Virus record (IMG/VR): IMGVR_UViG_3300032167_000022
Source: a virus
Reading direction: 5' to 3' (one strand)
Length of the DNA: 32,771 bases
The notes beneath the pieces were generated by a model. The model did no database searches and was not told where the DNA came from. It saw nothing but the letters and a program-made list of their open reading frames with translations. Below are positions 18,609-31,669 of this stretch, one piece after another. The position numbers and the translations under genes are program-made. Each line of letters begins with the position of its first letter. The first letter of the stretch is position 1.

Positions 18609-18641
18609 AAAATTAATTTTTTATTTAGGAGGTACCCAGAT

Positions 18642-19676
18642 ATGAAGTTCGGTGTACGCGAAATTTGTGATGTCGTACTAAAGGCTAAAGCGCCCCAGAA
18701 GATTGGTAATAAGGTTTTCTACAAGGGTGAGCCTGTTATTTATTTTGATACTTTAAAGACTTCCAGTATGGAAGGTGCTGCTACCACCGTATATGCTCAA
18801 GGTGGTCGTGGTAACTCTAGACTTGTAGCATGGGAAGGTGAAAGAACTGTTACTTTCACAATGGAAGATGCTCTTATTTCTCCTGCTGGATTTATGATTC
18901 TTTCTGGTGCAGGACTTATTGAAGGTTCTAAAGATGTTAAGATTCAAGTCCATGTAGCAGAGCAGACTGACAAGACATATGTTACCAGTGAAGGTGATGC
19001 TTTAATTATTACTGAACAAGTAATTTCTAAAGACCCTGATGCTAGTATCTATGTAATGGTTATGAAAGATGGCGAGATTGAGACCGAGCCTTTTGTTGGA
19101 ACTATTTTAGATGCTGAAGGAACTTTTGAAGCAGTTAATGTCACTGAAAAGGAACAGGCAGAAATCACAGCAGCTATTGCGGCAGGTAGAGCAATTGTAA
19201 TTGAGGATATTGCTGACCCAGCTTATACTCCTAATCCTACTGATGTTACTACTGAGGATGTTGATAGTGGTTATACTGAAAAGATTCGTGGTTTCTACGA
19301 TGGCGCAGTTGTAATGGTTGACTATTATACTGAAAAGGGTAAGGGTGCTCAGCAAATTGAAATTACTCCTGATAAGTTCGGTGGTAACTATTATCTTGAG
19401 GCTTCTACTTTATTCCGTGATACTAATGGTGTAGATATGCCTGCTGAGTTTATTATTCCTAACTGTAAGATTCAGTCTAACTTTACCTTTACTATGGCTA
19501 GTTCCGGTGACCCATCTACATTTACATTTACTATGGACGCATTCCCGGATTACACTCGTTTTGATAAGACCAAGAAAGTTTTGGCTGCTATCCAGATTAT
19601 CAACGAGACTCAGAATGAGGAAGTATATCGTAGCAGAACTATTCATGACCCTGCTCACGATGCTATTTTAGGCTAA
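18642..19676 (+). CDS. major tail (tube) protein candidate (344 aa), TAG-free, higher GC
   Basis: RBS ggaggtacccagatATG. It is immediately followed by a strong terminator and lies upstream of the chaperone and tape measure genes. The composition suggests high expression. Confidence 0.5.
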   Translation: MKFGVREICDVVLKAKAPQKIGNKVFYKGEPVIYFDTLKTSSMEGAATTVYAQGGRGNSRLVAWEGERTVTFTMEDALISPAGFMILSGAGLIEGSKDVKIQVHVAEQTDKTYVTSEGDALIITEQVISKDPDASIYVMVMKDGEIETEPFVGTILDAEGTFEAVNVTEKEQAEITAAIAAGRAIVIEDIADPAYTPNPTDVTTEDVDSGYTEKIRGFYDGAVVMVDYYTEKGKGAQQIEITPDKFGGNYYLEASTLFRDTNGVDMPAEFIIPNCKIQSNFTFTMASSGDPSTFTFTMDAFPDYTRFDKTKKVLAAIQIINETQNEEVYRSRTIHDPAHDAILG

Positions 19677-19681
19677 TTTAA

Positions 19682-19891
19682 ATGATTATCCATTCTAGTA
19701 GAGCTACCAAGCTTGCGCCAGTGGCTTCTCCCAAGCAGCCTGAGGCTCAGCCTAAAGTGGAGAAAAAGCCTGAACGCAGACGTAAAGAAAAACAAAATCA
19801 TATTGAAGTAGCTGAACAGTTACCAGTAGCTGAAAAGGCGAAGAAGATTTTGGAAGAAATAGAAGAAGAAGTTAAAAGTGAAAATGAATAA
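19682..19891 (+). CDS. small charged protein (69 aa) 5 nt after the tail-tube stop; alternatively a frameshift extension of the tail tube protein
   Basis: ORF in the -1 frame relative to the tube gene. There is no clear RBS. Confidence 0.3.
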   Translation: MIIHSSRATKLAPVASPKQPEAQPKVEKKPERRRKEKQNHIEVAEQLPVAEKAKKILEEIEEEVKSENE

Positions 19892-19894
19892 AAT

Positions 19895-19935
19895 AAGGGA
19901 AGAGATAGAAATATCTCTTCCCTTATTTTTATTTA
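19895..19935 (+). terminator. strong rho-independent terminator after the major tail gene
   Basis: 13-bp stem aagggaagagata/tatctcttccctt followed by atttttattt. Confidence 0.7.
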
Positions 19936-19951
19936 AAAGGAGGTTTAAGGA

Positions 19952-21061
19952 ATGAAATTCAATTCATCAGATAATTTATTAAACAAATTAAAGGAAACTA
20001 GTGAAGGAGCAAAACTTGCTAACACCGTTGATGAAATACATAAGTTATTATCTCATATAGGTAATAAAGGGGATGAGACTATAGCTTAGAGGGCTTCTGA
20101 TTTTTTAACTTGGCTTTTATTTAATAAATCTATGAAGAATAAACTTTATCTTAGTGATGCAGTAAGAAATCAGTTATTAGAAAATCCTATAATTTTAGAT
20201 GTAGTTAATTTTTTTAAGCAAAGCTCTTCAACAAGTCAAAATATTCAACAAAATCTTGCAAATTATAATGAAACCTTTTTGGGTGATTTCTACAATCAAA
20301 GAGGTATTACAACTGAACAAATGTTTGTAAAACTTATAAATAATTTTATTGTAAATGGTGAAAAAATTCAACATAGTGGAAATGATTAGGCTACTGTTTG
20401 GTTATCTTCATTAGCAAAATATCTTGTTCAAGAGGGTGCTAATGAATTAGATAACTCATTCAAAAATTTGGTTAATGAATCAAATTTAATTAAAGAAAAT
20501 AGAAAATTACGTTTTGCTTATAGAGATGTAAAAATAGATACAAGGTCTAACAATCCAAATGCAACAATTTAGTTTGGAGTTGAAGATGAAAAATTATAGG
20601 GTGATTTACAAGCTGTATATTCAGTATTTTCTAGTGCAACAATTAAATCCAAAAATGATTTAAAAAATATTGATTTAGAGGAAGTAAATATTTTAAAAGC
20701 ATATTCAGCTTTTATCAATTATGCTCGTGGTAAAATTCCGCAATCAGAAATTAAAAATTTATTTGTTAGATATTATAAAGATAATAATGATGATTTTGTA
20801 CATAATCCATATATAACTTTACATATTAATCATATTATTTCAGTATATGCATTAACTGGTATGGGAACCACATTACAATCAGATTTAAATAGTATGCTTA
20901 AAGGTGCTCGCTATATAGTTGTTGTTGATAATATAAAATAGAAAGTAATTATTCATTCTACTCATGAAATCATTAATAAGATTTTATTAACAAAAAAATA
21001 TAGCAAAAATATAGTGACAAATATTCAATTGAATTTAACAAGCAAAAGCTTGACAAAATAA
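19952..21061 (+). CDS. unknown protein (330-369 aa, 4-5 TAG) inserted between the tail-tube terminator and the chaperone promoter; moron-like cassette
   Basis: RBS aaaggaggtttaaggaATG. Frame 2 is continuous. The last in-frame TAG is at 20939, and the TAA at 21059 lies inside the downstream promoter, so the true C-terminus is ambiguous. Codon usage is AT-richer than in neighbouring genes. Confidence 0.45.
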
Positions 21062-21078
21062 AAAATTTTTGGTATAAT
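21050..21078 (+). promoter_or_regulatory. plus-strand promoter (TTGACA-17-TGgTATAAT) before the chaperone and tape measure genes
   Basis: TTGACA at 21050-21055, TATAAT at 21073-21078 with tgg before it, spacer 17 nt. Confidence 0.65.
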
Positions 21079-21107
21079 AATAAAAAAGAGTTAAAGGAGA
21101 AAATAAT

Positions 21108-21632
21108 ATGGCAAAATTAGCATTTTCAAAACTTGGTTTAAAAGCCAATCAAGAAACTACTGTTATTTAGATTGATGAATACGATGTAGAAATTAAAAAT
21201 TATTTACCTATTAATGATAAGTTAGAATTAATTACGAATGTAATTAATAATTCAATTGATGAACATAATTATATGAATCCTGTTAAAGTAGATATGTATA
21301 CTGAATTGGAAATTGTTGAGAAATATACTAATCTTACTTTTACTGATAAACAGAAAGAAGATATTGAAAAGTTATATGATTTACTTAAAGGAAATGGTAT
21401 TATTTTCAAGGTGTGTAATGCTATTCCAATAGAAGAGATTATGGAATTGCGCAACGCAATTAATCGGTCAGTAGATTCAGTTTATACATATCGTAATTCT
21501 GTGCTTGGTATTCTTGAGACAATTTCTACTGATTATTCAAATTTAGATTTTAATGCTACTGAAATACAGAAGAAGTTGGCAGACCCGCAGAACATGGAGT
21601 TACTTAAGTCTGTATTAACCAAATTAGGCTAA
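21108..21632 (+). CDS. tail assembly chaperone candidate (174 aa, 1 TAG)
   Basis: RBS aaaggagaaaataatATG. The assignment rests on its position immediately upstream of the tape measure gene and its size. Confidence 0.4.
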
Positions 21633-21667
21633 TAATATAACCTATTTTTTTAAAAAGAAATAGGAAT

Positions 21668-21710
21668 AATCGGATGTGAGAGATTGTTCTCACATCCGAT
21701 TTTTTATTTT
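21668..21710 (+). terminator. strong hairpin with a T tract between the chaperone and tape measure genes (attenuator?)
   Basis: 14-bp stem aatcggatgtgaga/tctcacatccgatt followed by tttttatttt. Confidence 0.6.
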
Positions 21711-21743
21711 GAACGAAAAGAGTGAAAGGAGTAATTATATATT

Positions 21744-24700
21744 ATGGCTCAATAGAGATTTGATTTTACATTAGGTATAAAAGCTGATACAAGTCAAGCC
21801 GAATAGAAAATGAATGAGTTGGCTAATTCTTTGAAAAAAATTGCGTCAAATCCTCCATCTTTATTAGATGATTAGGATTTAAAAGATGCTACGAAATCAG
21901 CGCAAGAATTAGAAAAACATTTGTCTAAAGCTGTAAATGTAAATACTGGTAAATTAGATTTATCAAAATTTTCAAAAAGTTTATCCTCTGCTGGATAGGA
22001 TTTAACATATTTTTAGAAAAATTTATCTAAACTTGGCGTAGAAGGTGAGTAGGCATTTTTAAAACTTGCTGAAAATATTGCTATGGCTGAAGTGCCAACA
22101 GTGCGTTTAAATAATCATTTAAAGAATTTTTTAGATGAATTAATTAAAGTCGGACGTTGGCAATTGAGTTCTAATATTATGCACGGACTGTAGGGAGCCA
22201 TTTAGACTGCTTATGGTTATGCGCAAGATTTAAATGAATCATTAACAAACATTAGAATTGTTACTGGTTAGACTACAGATGAAATGGCTAAATTTGCGTT
22301 AAGAGCAAATGATGCGGCAAAAGCTTTAAGTACAACTACTACTAACTATACAGATGCGGCATTAATCTTCTATCAGCAAGGTCTTGCGGAAGATTAGGTT
22401 GAAGAGCGCACAAACACAACAATTAAAATGGCTAATGCTACTGGTGAAAATGTTACAAAGATATCTGACCAATTAACTGCGGTTTGGAATAACTTTGATA
22501 ATGGTACCAAGCCATTGGAATATTATGCTGATGTTATGACTGCGTTAGGTGCGGCAACTGCTTCTAGTACTGATGAAATCGCTGAAGGTATTGAAAAGTT
22601 TGCTTCAATTTCTGAAATGATTGGTTTAAGTTATGAGTATGCGGCTTCCGCGCTTACGACCGTAACAGATGTCACTCGTCAAAGTGCCGATGTAGTAGGT
22701 ACTGCATTTAAAACGATTTTCGCACGTATTTAGGGTTTAAAACTTGGTGATACATTAGAAGATGGTACATCTTTAAATAAATACTCATAGGCTCTTGCTT
22801 CTGTTGGTATTTCTATTTTTGATTAGAATCAACAATTAAAAGATATGGATGATATCCTTGATGAGATGGGCGCTAAATGGTCATTACTTAGTAGAGACTA
22901 GCAAGCTGCGCTCGCGCAAACTGTTGCTGGCGTAAGACAGTACAATCAGCTTGTATCTCTTATGAATAACTGGGATTTCTTTAAATAGAATGTAAATGTA
23001 GCAAAAGGTTCTGAAGGAACTTTAACTGAACAATCAGCTATTTATGAAGAAAGCTGGGAAGCATCTTTAAAGAGAGTTAGAGCTTCTGCTGAAGGTATTT
23101 ATGATAGTTTAATTGATGAAGAATTTTTTATTAAGATTAATGATATTTTTGCTAAATTATTAGAAGGAATTAATGGAGCAATAGATGGTATTGGCGGATT
23201 TGAAGGAATTTTAAAAACTTTAGGTAGTGTATTTATGTCTTATTTTGCTTCTAAAATGCCGAAAGCATTATCAGGCATAAGCAATACTTTTAGTATTATT
23301 ACTGGAAAAGCTTTAAGAGATACTTAGAAAATACAATAGGAAAGTATTAATAGTTTATCTAAAATGCGTCCTGATGCTACTAATGCTGAAAAAATTTAGC
23401 AAGAAGGATTGAAAAAAGTTGCTATTTTAAAGCGTGAATTAACTAATATTTCTAATAAATTAACTGAAGAAGAAAAAGAAGAAAATTAGAATAGAATATA
23501 GCAAACCGCAGATATTTATGCTAATGCTGCTGCCATTGAAAAAGAAGCGGCAGAATTAAGAAAACTTAATGAAGAAAAAATTAAAAGTTCTTCTAATCAA
23601 ATTACAAACGAAGCTTTCGGATTTAGAGAAACTATTGCTGAAGATCAAAATCAAATAAATACATTAAGTTAGATATAGAATAGAACAAAATTAGATGATT
23701 CAAGATTAGATAAAGCTACTTCACGAGTTAATGAATTAACTGAGCAATTTTTTAAATTAAAAGATGCTATGGATGAAGTTATAGAATCTAAACAAATAGC
23801 TTTTGATAAAAAAGATTGGGAAGAATTTTCTAATATGGGAGAATTATTAGATTTTGATAGTAGAGAATCTAAAGAGTATTTCCAATATGTTGGAGAAGGA
23901 ATTGATTAGTTAAAAGCAAAATATATTGATTTTAGAAAACAAGAGTAGTAGTATGAATATTTAAAAAATAAAATAGATATTAATAAAGCAGCTTGGACTG
24001 CTCCTGATTTTAATTTATCTTTGGATGAAGCAAAAAATTCTATTTCACAATATTTAAGACAAATAGATGAATTAAAAAAATAGGGATTTGTTTAGTTAGA
24101 TATAGATACAACAGAGTTGTAGTCAAAATTGAAATCAACTGATGTAACTGTTGAGGATTTACAAAAATCATTTATTTCTTTTTTAAATAATTTATCAAAT
24201 AAAGCTTCAAAAACTTCTACAAGTTTTTCAAAAGATGGCGATAAGATTCATAGTGCATTATTAAAAATTTTAACTCCTTTAATGGGTGATAAAAGTCAAG
24301 CTGAAAAAGCAATTGAAGGTCTGCGCACAAAATTAGCAGAATTAACAGAAGAAGAAATGGATTCTGTTTTACGCACAACTGGAATGTTATCGGAAAGAGT
24401 AGATGAACTTCCAAAACATGCTTATAAAGCCTCAGAAGCTATAATGGAACTTGGAAGTGCTTTAATGTCTTTAAATTCTTTTATGAATTCTGTTAGTAGT
24501 ACTACTCAAATACTTGAAGATAATACTGCTTCTATGGCTGATAAAATAGGAGCTGTTGTTGGAGCAGCTTCTACTGGAATTTTTACTTTTAATTAGACTA
24601 AATAGGCAATGATTGCTGTTGTTGGAGCTGTAAGTAAATTTGCGGGAGCGGCAACTACAGCCGCCAAAAGTGGAGCTGCTTTATCGGGAATTTTAAGTAA

Positions 24701-27700
24701 AGGTTTAGCTGCTATTGGTGGCCCTACAACTTTAATTATTGCAGGTATTACTGCAGCAATAATGGGGTTAGTTGGCTTTTTAGGTACTAAATCAGCTGAA
24801 GCTGAAAAAGAATTAGAAGAAATTGAAAGAAAAACAGAAGAGCTTAATAATAAAATTTCAGAACAGTATACAGAAATTGAAACTAATAATGAATTAATTG
24901 AGTCTTATGAAAAATTATTAAATACTTATAAACTTACAGGTGAAGGAAAAGATTAGCTAGATATAAAAGCTAAAGAATTAGCTGAGGCTTTTAGAATTGA
25001 AGGATCGGCTTTAGCAACTTTAACTGGTTAGTATGCTGATTATGAAAATTTATTAAATAAAGCTAAAAATAAATCTTATAATAATGTTAATGAACAAATT
25101 AATTTAGTCCAAAATAAAAGAAATAGTAGTATAAAAGAATTTAATGATATTATTCAAGCTAAAAAGCATACTGATGATGTTGGGCATATAATGAGTAATC
25201 TTTCTTAGATTTCTTTATTTTCACTTAATGATGTTAATCGTAATTATGGCACTAAAAATGAATCTTCAAACGGAGATATGGCTGCTTTTAGAATTATTGA
25301 TGATTATTTAACAAAAAATAATTTAGGAGAAATTGGTAATAAAAATAGAAAAAATGGTACTATAATGACAGCTGAATTATTAGTTTCAGATATGGAAGAA
25401 GCTGTTAAGTTATTTGAATAGTTAGAAAATGAATTATTACCACAAGTAAAAGCTGTTAGTAACGGTCAAGAGACTAAAGAATTTGAAGAAAAAATTAAAA
25501 GTGCTAGAGAAGTTTTGTCAAAATATGTGGCATCAGATTAGGAATTAAAAGGTTTAGAATTAGCTTATAGTTTTAAAGATAAAGATTTTGAATCATTTGA
25601 AGAATATAATAATTTAATAATTGAAACAGAAAATCGTTTAAAGAGCTGGGGATTTAGTACAAGTGAAATTGAATCTACAATTAATACTGCAATAAATTTA
25701 ATTCCAGATTTAAAAATAAAACAATATGAAGAGTTAAGAGAAGTTGTAGAAACTTTATTATCTAATGGAGCTGGTAAAGGCATTACTGAAGGATTTTTAG
25801 GGCAATTATTTAGTGATGCTGAAAAAGGTGTTGGAATTTATGATAAATTAACTCTCGCTTCTTTAAATTGGTCAGTTTTAACAATTGATAATTGGGAGAA
25901 AGCTGCTAGTGCAGTTTAGAATTATACAAATGCAATTAAAGATGCCACTAATGCTCAAGAATTAAGGGATAGTGCTAAAAATGCTTTATCTTTATTAGAA
26001 GATGGTTTAACTGAAAAAGAAGGCGAAGAGTTAAAAGGACTTATAGATTGGGGTAATGAAGAAAAAGGTATAGTTGAATATACTGAATTCTTAAAAATGA
26101 ACCTTGAAGAGCAAAAGTCCTATTTGGAAGATTTTGCTAATATTAATTTATTTGAAAGATGGACCGATGAAATTCAAACTTCTAAAGATTTAATTGAATA
26201 GCAAAAATTACAGTTAGAAGATACAAAAAAAATATTAAAAAATGATTTATTATCTGTTTTAGATAGTGATGGTAGTTATCAGCAAGGTAATTACAGAAAA
26301 GTTTATGAATTATATGATTTAGATAAATGGTTTGAAAGTGAACAAGCTTTTGTTGATGCAATTTCTAACCCTAAAATGTTAGATAAATTGCTTAATAATC
26401 AAGATTTTCTTATTACTATTGGCATTGATGAAGCTGAACTTATTCAAAATGCTGAAAATACTATTAATTCTGCTGAAGAATCTTTAGAATTAGAATTAAA
26501 TACTACTCCATCTGAACATTCTATAAAATATTTATTAGATGAAATTGAATCTCTTGAAACAGAATTAACAGTTAAAGCAAATACTTTAGAAGCAGATGAA
26601 ATCCTTGATGAATTATTAGATAGACAATATCAATTAGATGTCCATGTTAATGCCGTTTTAGGTCAAGAACTTGATAAAAATTTAGAAAAGATAAAAAGTT
26701 TTAGTGATACTTTATCTCTAATTGGGGAAAATTATTAGGTTAGTGCAGATAATCTTCATGCTTTAGAAGCAGTAATTCCTGGAATTACTCAAAAATTAAC
26801 TGTAAGTCAAGAAGGATTAATTTAGCTTCATAAAACTGAGGCAATTGCGGCAATTGAAAATACTAAAGCAAATACAATTAGTTCAAAAACAAAAATTTAG
26901 AATCGTATTGATGAATTAAATGTAACAAAAACAGCTGCTGAAGCTGCTTAGAAAGCAATTCAAGCTGAAATAGATAAAAACTTAAAAGATGAAGAGACTC
27001 GTACTAATGCTGTTAATAAAATGGCTGAAATTAGAGCCAATTATCAAAAAGCAACTAATGAAGGTGTAGCAGCAGATTATGCTAAAACATCAGCAGAAAT
27101 GTCAGAAGATAGTGATGACAATATGGAAAATGATGTTGAAAATGCTAGTATTTCCACAGCTGCTTATGTAGAAAAATTCATTGCTTTACATGCTAATACT
27201 GAAAACTATAAACAAGAATATTTAAAATTTGTTGAAACTATGCTTTTAGCTGATTAGGCTGCTTTAGCTGGAGATCCTGTAGCTTTAAGTGCTTTATTAG
27301 GTAATGTATAGGCTGTAAAAGATTTAGGTGGTACTGCAGAATAGATTGCTTAGGCAGAATTAGTAGCTAATGAAATGAAATTAACGGCTTCTGAAAAAGG
27401 GCAAGTTATCTAGTATAATGCTGCTATTGTTTAGAATAAAATCAATGATGAAGGCAAATTTGATTTTTCTGGTACGAGAAATGATGAAACTGGAAAAACA
27501 ATAAAAGAATCTGAAGAAACGAAGAGAAAAACAGAAGATTATTTAAATAATTTAGCAAAAGAATATGCAAAATTAAATGAAGATACTGCTAACGAATTTT
27601 TACAAAATCACTATGATTATTATGGTTCAATTATAACTTCTAGTGATGAAGCAATTGCTAAATTAAATATTGATTTAGCTGAAGAAACGGCAGCTCTTAA

Positions 27701-30700
27701 TTCTTTAGATTAGATGATAGTAAATATAAAAAATGGAAAAAGTGCTACCGGAACCTCTTCACAATCTTCTGAAACTTTACAAGAAACAGTTAAAGAACAT
27801 AACCCTTATCAAAATGTTGATAATACTATTGAAGCTATTAATCTAAAATTAGAAGAATAGAAAGCTATAACTGAAAATTTAGAAAAAGGCACTGAAGAAC
27901 ATTTAGCATCTTTAGAAAATGAGCGCTTATTAACAGCAGAAATTGGTAAATATCAACAAGAGAAACTTAATATTGCTGAAAATGAATTAGCTACTTTAGA
28001 ATAGAAATTATCTCAATTTGGAGCAGAATATGACCCATTAACTAGAAAAATTGTTAATTATGATGAAATAGTTAATGCTAAAGCAAGAGAAGTTGATAAA
28101 TTAAATAAAGAACTTGCGGCCGCTTCTGGTCCTGAAAAAGAAAGATTATAGGAGCAAGTAAATGCTGCTGAAAAGCTTTATAATAATGTTAAAGAGTTAG
28201 CTGATGAACATAGCAATACTGTTGATATTATTAATGATACTACTACTGCTTTAAGAGAAAATGGTTAGGCTATTGAAGATAATATAAAAACACAGGAAGA
28301 GTTTAATAAAGAATTACAAAAAGCAAGAAAAGAAGTAGAAAAAACAAATAAAGAAATTCAAGAAACCATTGATAATCTTAAAGATGAAGTAGATATTTAC
28401 CATCAATTAAATCATGAATTAGATAAGTAGAATGAAGAATTAGATAGATTAAGTAAATTAAAAGATTCTTTATATGGTGAAAATCATATAAAAGCAGCTA
28501 AATAGGAATTAGAAGTTGTAAAACAAACATAGAAAACATATGAAGATTTACTTGATACTACATTAGATGACCTTGAAAATGCTATGGGTAAAGCTACTGT
28601 ACATTTTGATACTAAAATTGTATATGATGAAGATGGAGCAATTTTAAATTATCAAGAGTTACAGGAAGAATTAGTTCGTAAAGCTGAAACAGCTGCTAAT
28701 GATTTAACAGCTGCTAACATTCATTCTTTAACACTGCCTGAAGAATAGCGCGAGGAATATTTAAAACCATATCAAGATGCTTATGATAATGCTTTAGCTG
28801 CTTAGAAAGATGGATAGGATGCTATTAATAAAGTTCATGATTTAAGAGATTAGGCTTATAATTATGGACAGCAAGCAAGAGATAGTTTCTATAAAGGTTT
28901 AGACCTTTAGGCTGAATTATGGGATTATAAATTTAATCTTTAGATTGAAATCAATGATAATGATTTGGAAGAATTAGAAAAGCAATTAGAAAAGATTGAA
29001 GATAAAGGCTATGAAATGTCTGAAGCAATAGCTTTAATTAATACAGATTTTAGAAGTCTTTATGAAAATAATTATACATATTTACAAAGTGAAATTGATA
29101 ATTTATAGAGTATGTATAGTGCTGGAGAAATTACAGAAGAAGCATATATAGAAAGATTAAAGAAAATCCAAGAAGAAGCCAAAGAAGCAGCGAATGAACT
29201 TGAAGAACTTGATGAAAAAGTATATGAATATTATGGCATTACATTAGAGAAAGCTAATGAAGAATTAGAATTCTATATCAAGTAGATGGAACATGCAACT
29301 GAGGTATTAGACCACTATAAAAATATTATTGAATTGGTTAATGGTGAATACGATTATGAGCGTTTAGGTATCGTTCTTGAGGGTTAGGCACATAATCTAT
29401 AGAATGAAATGGAAGTTGCTGTTAAATGGTTTGAGACCTTAGATGCGGAAAAAGCTGCAATTGAAGCTGAGTTAGCTAATCCTGGCATATCTGATGAATA
29501 GCGTGAAAAATTAAAAGAAGCTTATGAACCTATTTATGAAGCTTGGATGGAAGCACATGATGAAATGTTATCTAAAACTACTGAATGGGTTGAAGCAACT
29601 AAAGCAGTTATGGAAAATACTATGGCAAAAGCTGCTAGAGATTTAGAGATGTCTTTCACAGATGGCGTAGGTTTTGATGCCTTAAACGATTCTATGGATA
29701 GATTAAATGAATATTCTGATATTTATTTAACTAAAACTAATCAAATTTATGAAGTTCAGAAAATGATGCGTACTGCTCAACAAGCCGCAGATAAAACCGA
29801 CAATGCTTCATCTAAACAGAGATTGAAAGCATTTATGGACGAACTGGGAGATTTACAAGAGAAAAATAAATTAAGTAATCTTGAATTAGAAATTGCGCAA
29901 AAGAAATATGATTTACTTGAAGCACAAATTGCTCTTGAAGAAGCTCAAAATGCTAAATCTACAGTTAGATTACAAAGAGATTCTGAAGGTAATTTTGGTT
30001 ATGTATATACTGCTAATTAGGAACAAGTTGCTGAAGCTGAAACGCAAGTATATGAAGCAGAGCAAGAGTTATATAATTTAGCATTAGAATCTGCCAATGA
30101 TTACGCATAGAAGCGTATTGAATTGCAGCAATCATTATATGACGATTTAGTTGAGTTAGAAGAAAATCGTGTTGCTGGTATGTATGCAACTGAAGAAGAA
30201 TATAATAAAGCTCGTGAATAGCTGATTAAAGAATATAATGATTTATTTATTGCTTATGAGGATTAGTATAATTTAGCAATTGAAGCTGATGGTTATTTAA
30301 GAGTTTAGATTGCTGAAAGACATAATAAACAACAATTATCTGATACTGTTGGATTTTTAGATGAATCCACATAGAATATTCTTGAAACAACTACATTACA
30401 GCAAGAAACATGGATTACTCATTTTGATAATATTTTAGAAAAAACTCGTGGATGGCGTAATGATACCAATAGTGAATATGATTAGTCTGCTATTGATGCT
30501 TCTGAATGGTTAACAGCAACGCAAGGATATTTGAAAACTTGTGAAGATTCTTATAAAACTTGGTAGACTACAGTTACTGAACAAAATAAATATGTTTAGG
30601 AAGCTTTAGTTCATACTCAGGGAGAAACTGATAAATTAACTACTGAAAGTGATGAATTAAAAACAGCTTTAATTGGTGAAGATGGAAATGGTGGTCTTGT

Positions 30701-31664
30701 AAAAGCTCTTGGAGATGAATTATAGAAAGTTAGAGAGTTAATTACAGAATATGCTTTACAAAGTAATGGATTAGATATTTTAGCTGAAAAATATGAATCT
30801 TTAAGAGGTCAAATTGATAGTTTAATTTCATCAATTAATAGTATTCCTGATTGCGCTGAATGGTGTGTAAAAACATATGGAGATGGCGGAATGGGAGGAG
30901 GAGATACTGGAGGTAATTTCCCAGTTGATCCTGACCCAGTTTTTTCATCTGATGATGATGATAGTAAATTTGGTTGTGGTGCTCATACTGCTACAACAGC
31001 AGATGATATTAAAGATACATCAATAACATCAAATACTAATAAAAATTATGCTGTAGAATCTGCTAAATATTGGAAAGGTCAACAAAGTATTGGAGAAGCT
31101 GCTGCTAATTTAGGAATTTCTGTTAGTGAAATGAATAAAATAAATATGGCTTTAGCGGGTTAGACTGAAAATTGGAATGGTACTAAAATTTTCACTGAAG
31201 AATTTGCTGATTAGAATTTATCTGATGATTATGAAAGAACTCAAAAAAGTGGATTTGATGAAATTATTAATAATCAACAATCTGCTGCTAATGTAAATAA
31301 ATGGCTTATAGATGAAGGTATAGCAACTGGTGCCACAGGCATGTATACTGGGGCTTGGGGTCCAGAAGGTAGATTAGCGTTATTGCATGAAAAAGAATTA
31401 GTATTAAATAAAGAAGATACTAAAAATTTCTTACATGCAACCGATATTTTAAGAAGTATATCTGATGTAATAGATTTACAAGCTATGTCAAATCAATTTA
31501 ATACTTTATCTGCTAGTATCTATTCTGGTTCTTCTGGAATATTAGAACAATCAGTTCATATAGAAGCTAATTTCCCGAATGTATCTGATAGGAATGAAAT
31601 TGAAGAAGCGTTTAATAATCTTATTAATACAGCTTCTCAATATGCGAATCGTAAAACTATATAA
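21744..31664 (+). CDS. tail tape measure protein, about 3306 aa, with on the order of 100 in-frame TAG and no in-frame TAA or TGA in the parts I translated
   Basis: RBS aaaggagtaattatatattATG. Frame 0 links nine track ORF fragments (22428, 24129, 24609, 26376, 27021, 29547, 30891, 31341). It carries the TP901-type tape measure core motif (GISIFD*NQQLKDMDDILDEMGAKWSLLSRD*QAALAQTVAGVRQYNQLVSLMNNW), a Gly/Ala-rich membrane segment (MIAVVGAVSKFAGAATTAAKSGAALSGILSKGLAAIGGPTTLIIAGITAAIMGLVGFLG), and long coiled-coil stretches. It ends at a TAA followed by a terminator. Confidence 0.85.
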
Positions 31665-31669
31665 ATTAT

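Noticed and set aside
19682-19891. Treating the 69-aa ORF after the tail-tube gene as a programmed frameshift extension
   Set aside because: I found no slippery heptamer at the junction and the ORF begins with its own ATG 5 nt after the stop. I keep it as a low-confidence separate small ORF.
11777-25783. Minus-strand ORFs inside the late module (11777..12064, 12022..12216, 12903..13493, 13799..13990, 14015..14494, 18753..18953, 19107..19355, 19410..19658, 21269..21454, 24217..24414, 25565..25783)
   Set aside because: They are antisense to long plus-strand genes with strong coding signal, and they have low-complexity, Ile/Asn/Phe-rich translations typical of AT-rich antisense frames.
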